Source of the DNA: Mobula hypostoma
Taxonomy: Eukaryota
DNA length: 64,000 bases
Direction of reading: 5' to 3'
Assembly: GCF_963921235.1 (NCBI RefSeq)
Contig: NC_086097.1
Coordinates: 203,548,001-203,612,000 of the forward strand
In this document: piece after piece, positions 38,550 to 49,900 of the stretch
How positions within the stretch are numbered: the stretch's first letter is position 1
Layout: each line of letters starts with the position of its first letter
Made by a program: the position numbers and the translations under genes
The notes under the pieces: model-generated
What the model was told of the DNA's origin: nothing
Database searches by the model: none
The model's input: the letters and a program-made list of their open reading frames with translations, nothing else

Positions 38550-41500
38550 CTCAACTTATGAAAGCTAACACCCCATAAGCTTTCTTAACTACCCCATTTA
38601 CCTGTGGGGCAACTTTCAGGGATCTGTGGGCATGTACCCCAAGATCCCTCTGCTCCTCCATACCGCCAAATATCCTGCCATTTACTTATTCTCTGCCTTG
38701 GAGTTTGTCCTTTCAAAGTGTACCACCTCACACTTCTCTGGGTTGAAATTCTTCTGCCACTTTTGCATCCTATCAATGTCTCTCTGCAATCTTCAACAAT
38801 CCTCTACACTATCTACAACACCACCAACCTTTGTGTCATCTGTAAACTAGACAACCCACCCTTCTACCCCCACATCCAGGTCGTTAATAAAAATCACAAA
38901 AAGTAGAGGTCCCAGAACCAATCCTTGTGAGACACCACTAGTCACAACCTTCCAATCCGAATGTACTCCCTCCACCATGACCCCCTGCCTTCTGCAGGCA
39001 AGTCAATTCTGAATCCACCTGGCCAAACTTTCCCTGGATCCCATGCCTTCTGACTTTCTGAATAAGCCTACCATGTGGAACCTTGTGAAATGCCTTACTA
39101 AAGTTCATGTAGATCACATCCACTGCACTATCCTCATTTATATGCCTGGTCACCTCCTCAAAAAACTCTATCAGGCTTGTTAGACACGATCTGCCCTTCA
39201 CAAAGCCATGCTGACTGTACCTGATCGGACCATGATTCTCTAAATGCCCATAGATCCTATCTCTAAGAATCTTTTCCAACAACTTTCCCACCACGGACAT
39301 AAGGCTCACTGGTCTATGATTACCTGGACGATCCCTACTACCTTTTTTGAACAAGGGGACAACATTCGCCTCCCTCCAATCCTCCGGTACCATTCCCGTG
39401 GACAATGAAGACATAAAGATCCTAGACAGAGGCTCAGCAATCTCTTTCCTTGTGTCGTGCAGCAGCCTGGGGAATATTCCTTCAGGCCCCGGGGACTTAT
39501 CCGTCCTAATGTATTTTAACAACTCCAACACCTCCTCTCCCTTAATATCAACATACTCCAGAACATCAACCTCACTCATATTGTCCTCACCGTCATCAAG
39601 TTCCCTCTCATTGGTGAATACTGAGGAGAGGTATTTATTGAGGACCTCGCTCACTTCCACAGCCTCCAGGCACATCTTCCCACCTTTATCTCTAATCGGT
39701 CCTACCTTCACTCCTGTCATCCTTTTGTTCTTCACATAATTGAAGAATGCCTTGGGGTTTTCCTTTACCCTACTTGCCAAGGCCTTCTCATGCCCCCTTC
39801 TTGCTCTTCTCAGCCCCTTCTTAAGCTCCTTTCTTGCTACCCTATATTCCTCAATAGACCCATCTGATCCTTGCTTCCTAAACCTCATGTGTGCTGCCTT
39901 CTTCCACCTGACTAGATTTTCCCCGTCACTTGTCACTTATGGTTCCTTCACCCTACCTTTCTTTATCTACATCACCGGGACAAATTTATCCCTAATATCC
40001 TGCAAGAAACCCCTAAACATTGACCACATGTCCATAGTACATTTCCCTGTAAAAACATCATCCCAATTCACACCCACAAGTTCTAGCCTTATAGCCTCAT
40101 AATTTGCCCTTCCCCAATTGAAAATGTTCCTGTCCTCTCTGATTCTATCCTTTTCCATGATAATGTTAAAGGCCAGGGAGTGGTGGTCACTGTCCCCCAG
40201 ATGCTCACCCACTGAGAGATCTGTGACCTGACCTGGTTCGTTACCTAATACTAGATCTAGTATGGCATTCCCCCTAGTCGGCCTGTCAACATACTGTGAC
40301 AGGAATCCCTCTTGGACACACTTAACAAACTCTGCCCCGTCTAAGCCCTTGGAACTAATCAGGTGCCAAACAATATTAGGGAAGTTAAAGTCACCCATGA
40401 TAACAACCCTGTTATTTTTGCACCTTTCCAAAATCTACCTCCCAATCTGCTCCTTGGAATCTCTGCTGCTACCAGGGGGCCTATAGAATACTCCCAATAG
40501 ACTAACTGCTCCCTTCCTGTTCCTGACATCCACCCATATTGACTCAAAAGAGGTTCCTGCTACATTACCCACCCTTTCTGTAGCTGTAATAGTATCCCTG
40601 ACCAGTAATGCCACCCATCCTCCCCTCTCCCCCCTCTCTATCCCTTTTAAAGCACTGAATTCCGGGAATATTGAGAACCCATTCCTTCCCTGGTGCCAGC
40701 CAATTCTCTGTAATGGCCACTGCATCATAATTCCATGTATGTATCCATGCTCTCAGTTCATCACCTTTGTTCCTGACGCTTCTTGCATTGAAGTACACAC
40801 ACTTTAGCCCTTTTACCTTACTACCTTTACACCCTTTATTCTGCTTCTCTTTCCTCAAAGCCTCTCTATATGTTATATCTGGCTTTACCCCATGCACTTC
40901 TTTCACTGCTCTATCGCTCCGGGTCCCATCCCCCTTGCAAATTAGTTTAAACCCTCCCGAACCATGCTAGCAAACCTACCTGCAAGGATATTGTTCCACC
41001 TCAAGTTCAGGTGCATCTCATCCAATCTGTACAGATCCCACCTTCCCCAGAAAAGATCCCAATGATCCAAAAATCTAAAACCCTGCTCCCTGCACCAACT
41101 CCTCAGACACGCATTCAACTGCCATCTCCTCCAATTCTTACCATCACTATCACGTAGCACTGGCCGCAGTCCTGAGAATGCCACCCTTGAGGTCCTTCTG
41201 CCTAGTTCCTGAAACTCACACTTCAGGACCTCATCCCTCTTCCTGCCTATGTTGTTGGTACCAACATGTATCACGACTTCTGGTTGCTTTCCCTCTCGTA
41301 CTAGGATGTTGTGCACCTGGTCAGGGATATTCCGGACCCTGGCACCTGGGAGGCAACAAACAATGCAGGTGTCCTTCTCACGTTCACTAAATCTCCTGTC
41401 TGCTCTCCTGACTGTAGAGTCTCCAATGACGACAGCTTTCCTCTTCTCCGTTCCACCCTTCTGCTCCACAGGGTCAGACTCAGTGCCAGAAGCCCTGCCA

Positions 41501-42020
41501 CAGTGGCTCACACCTGGTTGGTCATCCCTGCCAACAGTATCCAGGATGGTAAACTTGTTTTTCAGGGGAATGGCTACAGTATCCAGGATGGTAAACTTAT
41601 TTTGCAGGGGAATGGCTACAGGGGTGCTCTGCACTACCTGTCTACTCAGCTTTGCTTTCCCCCCTCTGACTGTCACCCAACAACCTGCTTCTGGCAGTCT
41701 AGGTGTGACTACCTCATTCTATGACTGCCTCATTCTCCCTTATGAGTCGAAGGTCATCCAGCTGCTGCTCCAGATTCCATATACGGTCTTCCAGATTGCC
41801 CAGCCGTATGCGCTTCTGGCAGATGTGACTCTGCGGAAGAGGGGAGTTCCCCCAAGACTGCCACATCTCACATGAGAGTTACATCACCGTCTCAGGAGGC
41901 ATTGTAAAGACTAACTGGGAACGAGCTCGTCCTCCGCCTCTTCTCGTCGAAATCTCTTGAGTCATAGCCTCAAAGCTCCACTGCTTCGCTGGCCCACTCA
42001 CTCACTGGCTGCTTTCCACA

Positions 42021-42384
42021 GTGATGTTTATACTAGAATAATCATTGCCGGCAGATCCCCTTAATCTGATATTTTCTGAATCATTAAGGGTGTCCAAGCC
42101 AAATGAGAAATTTCTGTATTAAATGCAACTTTTTCTGCGAGAAAGCAAATGGTAAGTAAAGCAGCACTGAACAATATTATTATAAGCACAATTATTAAAA
42201 ATAAAATACAGCAAAAGCAACATTTCTTCCTGGAGTTTGAGTCTGACTTACTCTGAAAACAACAACACATTCTGGGTGTATTAACCCTGGTCAATGTATC
42301 TGTGAGATCTTCCTCAAATGAACAGGAAGTTTTTTGTTGCTTTTCAGATCTAAGCTTGTGTTTTACCTTTTCAATACATCTCAC
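42021..42384 (-). pseudogene. env: Endogenous foamy-like virus env, leader-peptide region
   Basis: Lies just after the integrase end; long hydrophilic N-region, then CCFCCILFLIIVLIIILFSAALLTICF and FNTEISHL (cf. recalled foamy CILLIIVLVSCFV..WNKDIQVL); after a frameshift IRLRGSAGNDYSSINIT. Confidence 0.65.
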
Positions 42385-43088
42385 TCCCCGTCACCCCCCA
42401 CATGCCCGTCAAGGTGTCAGGTTCTGTGGTGGACCCATGTACTGGTCTAATATAAGGATCCCATTCATTCTGGGGGAATAAATCCTGCTGAGGCAGGATT
42501 GATGTTCTCTAGACAGATTTTCTAACAGGCTTATTTTCACTCCTGATCTTGGCTACCACAGTCCTATCATTAATAACTTGGGTAACAAGACAAGGAGGTT
42601 TCTATTGAGGACCGAATCTAGGGTCAGAATTATTTTTATAGAATTTCTTTTCTCGGACCCAGTCCCTTTTTTAGTAGTATCCAGACTGTCTTATTACGTC
42701 CTTTTCATTCCCACAAACTCTTTCAGTTCTTTTAGAATAGTTGTATTGTGTATAGATAATGGTTGGCCTGAGTTAGCGATCAGGGCTGTACATACTTAAG
42801 TAGATATTATACATTATAAGATAATGTGTAACATTAAGTACTCCTTTTTTTCCACAATTGACACTTTGTTTAGGGAGAATTGCACTTCAGGGACAAGTGT
42901 AGCATACTTTAGAGGAGACCAGTTTTGCCAGGTCTCCTTCATCTCTCGATTCCTTTGCCCCATCATGCTACTTGGTTGCGGCTGGGATGGAGTGCTGTAC
43001 TCCACTTGTGTGCCTGTTTGTTCCCACGTGGCTTGAAAGCCTTTAACACTGAAGGAAGACACTTGGCTGGCATATTTATAAGCGGGGG

Positions 43089-43322
43089 TATTACGTTTTG
43101 TAACTTCAAAACATTAAGGAAAACACGGGAGTCTGGGAATGTGGGTCGAACTTCATGTACACTTTAAGCAAGGCATGCACGTGTCACGTGGTAGTGTGAT
43201 GATATATGCAATTCACATATTGATATATTGTAATGAATTATTTAAATGAACAAGAATGCTTAATCAACCAATATATCTATACAAGATTATACAAATATTA
43301 CTTAAGTAGTAAATACACAACA
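43089..43322. mobile_element. Probable small solo LTR inserted in the viral integrase
   Basis: AT-rich 234-bp block T(A)TTACG...ACAACA flanked by GGGG on both sides; integrase-like reading resumes across it. Confidence 0.6.
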
Positions 43323-45057
43323 GGGGCTGCCAGCAGGTGAGACTATGGAGCTTTGAAGTGCTGTGATGGTTGCAGTCTCACTTCAAGAAGTCATGGAGAT
43401 GAACCATGTATATCCTGAGCACATATCAATTATCACAAGATTATACCAATTAGGATTCCCATAAGGTACGTCGCCTTGGGATATCGGAAATGGGCCTAAA
43501 TAATCAACTTCCACACCTGCATCGGTACAACTGGTTTTGTTTGTCTTAAGGAGATGGTCTTGTGACTGCTCCTTTATTATAGGCCGGACATTCTTTACAA
43601 TTTGCACCAAATTAGTTACAATCACTCAGTATGTAAGGTCACAAGAATAATATGGCTAATTTCACATGAGTGACTCGTCCGAATCCTGGTAGACTTCTTG
43701 AATCAGTGCTTTCCACTTGTGGGCAGGAGCTATTTGCTCCTTATCTTTTTTAGGGTGCCATACCCAAGCAGAACTTTCATTATCAGTTTCATATTTGTAC
43801 AATGTTGGAAATCCTTTAGAGTTGGGTTCATTAGTATCTAGGAGAATTCTTAAAACATCACCCTGGTTACTTTTTATGTGTTGTTTAATTACAACCAAAA
43901 TCTTTGTCTCTCTTACCATAGTAAGATCCATCTTGGCAGCTTGTTTTGCTTGTTCGTCAGCTAATTTATTACCATTGCTGTGTCAGAGGCCTGCAGGATG
44001 TCCTGGGATGTGTAACACCTGAATTAATGTTCTAATCATTAATTCATGCATATTCTTCCACGTGGATGAATGTGGGAGCAGTTTACCTCTGTGTGTTCTC
44101 CATCCAGTTTTCGATCAGATGGGAAGATCTCTTTCTTCCACATTCCTTACATAATTAGAGTCAGTACATATCAAGAGTGGTTCCATTTTATTTACTTATT
44201 TTGGACGTAATTCTAGGGCTTTAGTCTCTGCAAGTTGAGTTGCATGATTCCCTAAAGGATACATTTGCAACTCAGGTGGTTCAAACTCAATTTTGAGAAT
44301 AAATTCCTTTTATAATCAGGAGCAAGGATTGTAATTGAGTGCATCCACCTTCCTAGATTTTCATTACTGGTTCATCACAGTACCATGTTTAAGACTGGTG
44401 CTCCAAAGGATGTTGTGCTATATTAGGTCGTGGAGAAGATGGTTCTGCATCTTTCATGAAAGGCAAGGATTGTAAGCCTTAGTGCTCAGGAATATAGTTA
44501 GGTACTTGGGTATTGATCGAAGAAAGTATGGCTGGAGTTGCTTTGCACTTTTGTGCAAGTGTGTTTAATAGGTATGGCAAAATTCAAACTTACAAAACTT
44601 AGCGAAACTAGTGAAAATAAAACTGGCAATATTTACAACAAGATATCTACCAGAAACCACAATAACTCTGTACTATTTTGTCCAGTGTGAACTGCTGGCA
44701 TTCCCGATTTCTCTCTCCCCTACCGAGAGCGACCCATCCCATTTTTAGGCACCAGGACATACTATCTTTAACTACCCACAAAGTTAACTCAAGACTACAC
44801 AGGAATCAGAATATGATGCACCCCACAGTGTAGTTATACCCATATTACAAAATAAACAGAAGTATCTAGCTTAAATACAGGATACAAACAATATATACAC
44901 ATTTGCACATCACTGTTACTAAAGAAATGGAATGTAAGGTGGGAAAGGCACCATAAAGCCAAACCCTTTAGGACACTTTAGTAGAATATAAGAATATACT
45001 GAGGGGAAGATATTGAAATGCGCACACTCAGCACAATGTAAGCAGAATGAAATGGCA

Positions 45058-45058
<1 letters not shown>

Positions 45059-45089
<31 letters not shown>
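45059..45089. repeat. (TG)n microsatellite
   Basis: Direct reading. Confidence 0.98.
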
Positions 45090-45091
<2 letters not shown>

Positions 45092-45823
45092 CTGCACCAA
45101 ATACTGTCTGCCACAAATGTATTCACATTTCAAGGCATTGTCTTGTAAAAAATATTTGCCATTTCCCATATCCAGTTATGGTAACTCTCTATTAGTGTTT
45201 TGGCAATTTGCTAACAGTTTTCAAAGCCACATGTACTGTTTGGAGAACAAATGGTTTGTCCTCTTCCTGTGGTCTTCCCACAACAAGTGTATGGAATTCC
45301 ATAGAATGGCATCATTATAATGCAGTAAATTTCAGTTCTGTTGGGATGGAATTATATGAGGCATGGAGTATGGGGTTTGTGTTTCTTCTCTCCCATTTTA
45401 GCATAGGGCTACAGTAGTTTTTGGAGAAGCACAAATTCACAGAACAAGAGATTTTGTTAGGTCGCTTGTCCGGAGTTCTATTGCTTGCTGAACTGCATTC
45501 ATCAGTTTCTCTAGTGCTTATTAATCTTCTGAGGAAAGAGCAAAGAGCTTTTCATTTCTCCATTTTACACCTGTCATATAATGGTTTTGGCAATTGAGTA
45601 TAGCTAGGGATGAAAGCTCTAGCATAATTCAAAAAGTCTAGGGTTGATTGAAAGGCTTTTATGGTTTTTGGATATCCTACTCGAGCAACTTTTTGTTTAA
45701 ATTCAGGGGTTAAACCATGTCCCTGATTGGTAATTGTCATACCTAGGAAATTTACTTCTGTATGATAGAATGCTGGAACAAGAATGTAGACCATTTTTTT
45801 AATGTAATACTTTTGATGTAATG

Positions 45824-45841
45824 TGACCACATCAGGTGCCA
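45824..45841 (-). promoter_or_regulatory. Candidate primer-binding site (tRNA-Lys1,2-like)
   Basis: Minus strand ..CACA-GT-TGGCACCTGATGTGG; reverting three CpG-type transitions gives TGGCGCCCGACGTGG versus the foamy PBS TGGCGCCCAACGTGG. Confidence 0.6.
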
Positions 45842-45843
45842 AC

Positions 45844-46150
45844 TGTGATGCTATTGGGTTTGCTGACCATAAAGTTCAAAACTCAAACAAAGACCCTACC
45901 GGATAGAAAGAGCCACGAGTTCTCTCACTAAAGAGAGATTATACTGTAACTATCCAATCTTCATTGACCAGTTCACTTCCCTGTTTATTCTCTATGGCGT
46001 GTTTAGCTGCCAATACCCACTATTTGAGTGGTCCCCTCTCCCTACAGAGGAGAAGATGCTTCCAGATAACATAATAGTTTAAAACACAGTGTTTCTTACT
46101 CCATTCCCAATAAGGCTAAATTGCTCTCTACATTTATACAGTTTCTCTGC
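45844..46150 (-). mobile_element. Candidate 5' LTR (R/U5 part) of the foamy-like provirus
   Basis: Ends in CA two bases before the PBS; minus-strand AATAAA at 45984-45989; upstream boundary not determinable and no matching 3' LTR seen. Confidence 0.45.
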
Positions 46151-48289
46151 TACTTGGGTGACTTCAGATGTATTTGATATTTCCTCAGATACCCTTTTTA
46201 CACAAAAGTCTGAAAGCTTTTTGGAGCCATAGATCAGTATTTCCCACCATCAATACTGGAAAGCTAACTTCTGTGAGTACATAAAACTCCCAACTTTAAA
46301 CACATTAGTTATTTGATATGCTAAATGATATTATCCATCTGGTCTGCAGGCTTCATTGAACTAAAACAATTTAGTCAGTCCTTTTTGAAACAAACCAAAT
46401 TAAACAACCCATTGTCTTATACTGCATCTTTTGAGCAGCAGTATGCCAGGTGTTGTGAATTTGCATCTGCTTTCTACAGACGGATTGTCTGGCATATACA
46501 GAGATTGTTTGCAAAGCTGATTTTTAACTTCAAGCTGATTTTTGTTTCCATTTACATTTTAAAAACTGAAGACTGACTCTCACTTAACAAAAGTGAAACT
46601 AAACAGAACAGTATTTGTTGTTAGTTTACTTACAACTATTTTTTGGTGATCTTACAAGTGGCAGCTGCTGTGTTTAGAAAGTTGGGTTAGCAAACATGAG
46701 AAGGAGGTCCACTGCTTCAGGAACTGAATATCCATCACAGATGAAGTTACTCCCACAATATTGTTGAGTAGGGATTTAGATACATCAATGGTGAAGGAAT
46801 GGTGACATATTCCAGTTTAGAATAGAATGTGACTTGGATGGAACTTGTAAGTTCTGATGTTCCCATGTACCTGGTGTCCTTACCTCATGGTAGTAGTGCC
46901 TGTGTGTTTGGGGACTCTTATTGGAGTGCTACGAGTGAGTAGTGACTGAGTAAGAAGTATAAATCATACACTTGATTTCCATGTTGCACATGGTACAAAG
47001 ACTGCAGGTGTCACTCACTACAGGATAGTCACTCTCTGACCTACTCTTGGGGTAACAGTATTTAGATAGCCTGTTGAGTTCCTGGTCAATAGTGAAAATG
47101 GAAAATTCAGCAATCATGGGTATGTGGTTAGATTCTCCTGTTGGATTTAGTCCTTCTCTGATATTTTCACTTTCCACTTACCATCCTGTGCCTGAACATT
47201 GCTAAGCCTCGGTGCAGGATTGGAGTGCTTCATTTGCTACCATGGTTCAGCTCTCCATTTATTTATCCTTCTTATTGCTAGTCACTGAAGCCAAGAGATA
47301 CAGGTATCTTTAGACACTCCAATTGAAGAAGAGGATTTTATGTTATCTTCTATTTATAAAACAAAGACAGCCTTTTAGTACTACACTCACAGTTGTTTTA
47401 AGCCATGGATCACATCTGTTTCTGGTTCTGATTCGTTTGAATTTGCATTTTTCTCTCGATTCCCTGCTAGCTCTTTACATTCCCTCTCCAATCTCAATTG
47501 TCCCTGTGAGCAATCCCTTTGATTCTTTTCTCACGAAATTACTGCCATCAAGCACTCTTTGTTCTGGTAATGTCACCTTCTTCACCAGTTTTCACAATGA
47601 GTAAGGGCACTTATCTTTCCCCCAAGTGGATTGCAGCTATTCCCTTGTACTTCTGGGAATAATCTTTGGTTCTTTATTTACTAGTTGCCTTTTGCCTTTA
47701 TCCCTTTACTATGTAATCTGTCTATCACATCTAACACCATCACCTTGCTTCTTCTCTCCTTTCCTCTTTTTCCCTGAATTGTATTTATTTCTTTTTTCTA
47801 TTTCTTTAACCTAAAACATCAAACGTTTTTTTATCTATTCCTACCGATGTCTGAGCTGAGTACCTCCATCTACTTCATCATTCTCGACTGATAAGTAGCC
47901 TTTTGTAAGGTTTATTTGGAGGTGGTCTGTGAGTTACTCTGGTAAACCCAGAGGGCCAAAACATGTGGTAACACTTTATCACAGACTACCAACGATAACA
48001 TATAATGATATCATTACCTCACACGCATAGATTACTTTCTACATATAAGTACACCACCTTCTATGTTTGCTATCATCCAGCTGGTGCACCTCACTGAAAT
48101 CATTTCATTCTAGCTATAGGCATGTGCATCAGCTGCTGTTACTTCTCTTCCCACTCAAAGCACTACCTCTGATATATGACAAGGTTCTACATTTGGTCCC
48201 TCCCATTTCTCATTCAAGATTATTCTTCAGCACCCAAGAATGAAGGAGGATGAAATGATTGCTACTCATAATCAGCATTAAAAAGCAAT

Positions 48290-49900
48290 AAGCAAAAAGG
48301 ACACAAAAAACGCAAAAGATATAATAGGTAAAAGCACAAGAGCACAATTGAAATTTTCATTTCAATACATGGTCTGATTGTATAAAGTGACTGTAGTCGC
48401 AGGATTACCTGTGCGTAAAGTGTCTGTATAGGAAATGGTAAAGTAGTTGTGGGGAGGTTACGATGGGCTGGGTTAATGAGTGAAGGTGTTGATCAGCCTG
48501 ACAGCTTGGGAACGTATCTGTTTTTGAGCCTGGTGGTCCTGGCATGTATGCTGAATAGTCTCTTCCCTGAAGGGTGTGGGACAAACAGTCCATGCGCAGG
48601 GTGGGTGGGATGTTTCCTGATATTGCTGGTCTTTTTCCTACACTTTTCTGTTTCTATGCCCTTGATTGCGGGTAGGCTGTTGCAGGTGGTACATTGTGTG
48701 ATTTTAACTACTCCTTGTAGAGTCTTACTGCAGGCACAATGCAGTTTCTGTAGCACACAGTGATGCAGCAAGTTAGGATGCTCTCAAACCCACATTTGTA
48801 GAATGTCTTGAATGTTGATGTGCATAGTCCAGCTATCTTCAGCCTCCCGAGAAAGTAGTAACATTGCTGAACTTTCTTGACTGTGAAAGATGTATCAGAA
48901 ACATGAGAGATTATAAGAGATGTACACTCCCAGGAGTTTGAAACTGCTCGCAGTTTCCACTGCTGTGCCACTGATGTAAAAAAGGGTATGAGTGGTGTGA
49001 GTTCTCCTGAAATCAATAACCATCTCCTTTGCCTTGTTGACATTGAGGAAGAGGTTATTTACAGGGTACCAGGCCTCAAGCTCTTCCACCTCCTCTCCAG
49101 AGGCCGCCTGATCAATGTGGAGAGCATTCTGACAGGCTGCATCACAGTCTGGTATGGGGGGGGGGGGCGCTACTGCACAGGACCAAAAGAAGCTGCAGGG
49201 GGTTGTAAATTTAATTGGCTCCATCTTGGGTACTAGCCTACAAAGTACCCAGGACATCTTTAGGGAGTGGTGTCTCAGAAAGGCAGCGTCCATTATTAAG
49301 GACCTCCGGCACCCAGGGCATGCCCTTTTCTCACTGTTACCATCAGCGAGGAGGTACAGAAGCCTGAAGGTTGGTGATTCATAAACAGCTTCTTCCCCTC
49401 TGCCATCCGATTCCTAAATGGACATTGAACCCATGAACACTACTTCATTTTAAAAATATATATTATTTCTGTTTTTTGCATGATTTTTAACCTATTCAAA
49501 ATATATGTACTGTAATTGAGTTACTTATTTATTTATTACTATTATTATTATTTTCTTCTTCTATATTGCATTGTATTGCTTTGAACTGCTGCTGCTAAGT
49601 TAACAAATTCCATGACACATGCTGGTGATAATAAACTTGATTCTGATTCTGATTGTTGATGAGCCCCACCACTGTCATGTTATCGGAGAACTTGACAATA
49701 TGATTTCTTGGGAGTTTGACTGTGCAGTTGTGTGAGAGCAGAATATACAGCAGTGGGCTCAGCACAAAGCCTGGCGCGCGGGGTGGTGGGGGGGGGAACC
49801 TATGTTGAGGATGATGTAGAGGGAGCAGCATTTGTGCATCCTGACTATCTGAGGACTGTTGGTTAGGAAGTCCAACATCCAGTTGCACAGTGGTGTATTT
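48290..49900 (-). mobile_element. Rex1/Babar-like LINE fragment interrupted by an opposite-strand copy
   Basis: LSPLLYILL..KFSDNMTVVGLIN (49655-49770) continues as EEVEELEAWYPVNNLFLNVNKAKEMVIDFRR below 49100; HPAHGLF..SGKR. Confidence 0.8.
49108..49652 (+). mobile_element. Rex1/Babar-like 3' fragment with (GATTCT)n tail
   Basis: VESILTGCITVWYG; CLRKAASIIKD..HPGHALFSLLPS; aataaacttgattctgattctgatt. Confidence 0.85.

Larger units (their letters stand above)
33663..42020 (-). mobile_element. Near full-length CR1 (5' UTR, ORF1 SGNH, ORF2, 3' tail) hosting nested CR1 insertions
   Basis: ORF1 40942-41676 (VVIGDS..CLPGA..VIHVGTN..LHL-type); APE/RT 38550-40900; RT reading KKAYGVLAFIS*GIEFKS joins 38550 to 34239; tail (ttctatg)n at 33664-33680. 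Confidence 0.9.
42450..45800 (-). pseudogene. pol: Endogenous foamy-like virus pol (RT thumb/connection, RNase H, integrase), decayed and interrupted
   Basis: EVNFLGMTITNQGHGLTPEFKQK..PKTIKAFQSTLDFLNYARAFIPSY; NPILHASYNSIPTELKF; PLGNHATQLAE; LLICTDSNYV; HSNGNKLADEQA; VDYLGPFP..LVIIDMCSGYTW; EYSTPSQPQ; FGPQ*KPPCLVTQVINDRTVV, in retroviral order. Confidence 0.88.

Noticed and set aside
41249..41875. 208-aa plus-strand ORF
   Set aside because: Antisense shadow of CR1 ORF1.
42061..42384. Standalone small host membrane protein
   Set aside because: Its position directly after the integrase end and its similarity to foamy Env leader make a viral env remnant more likely.
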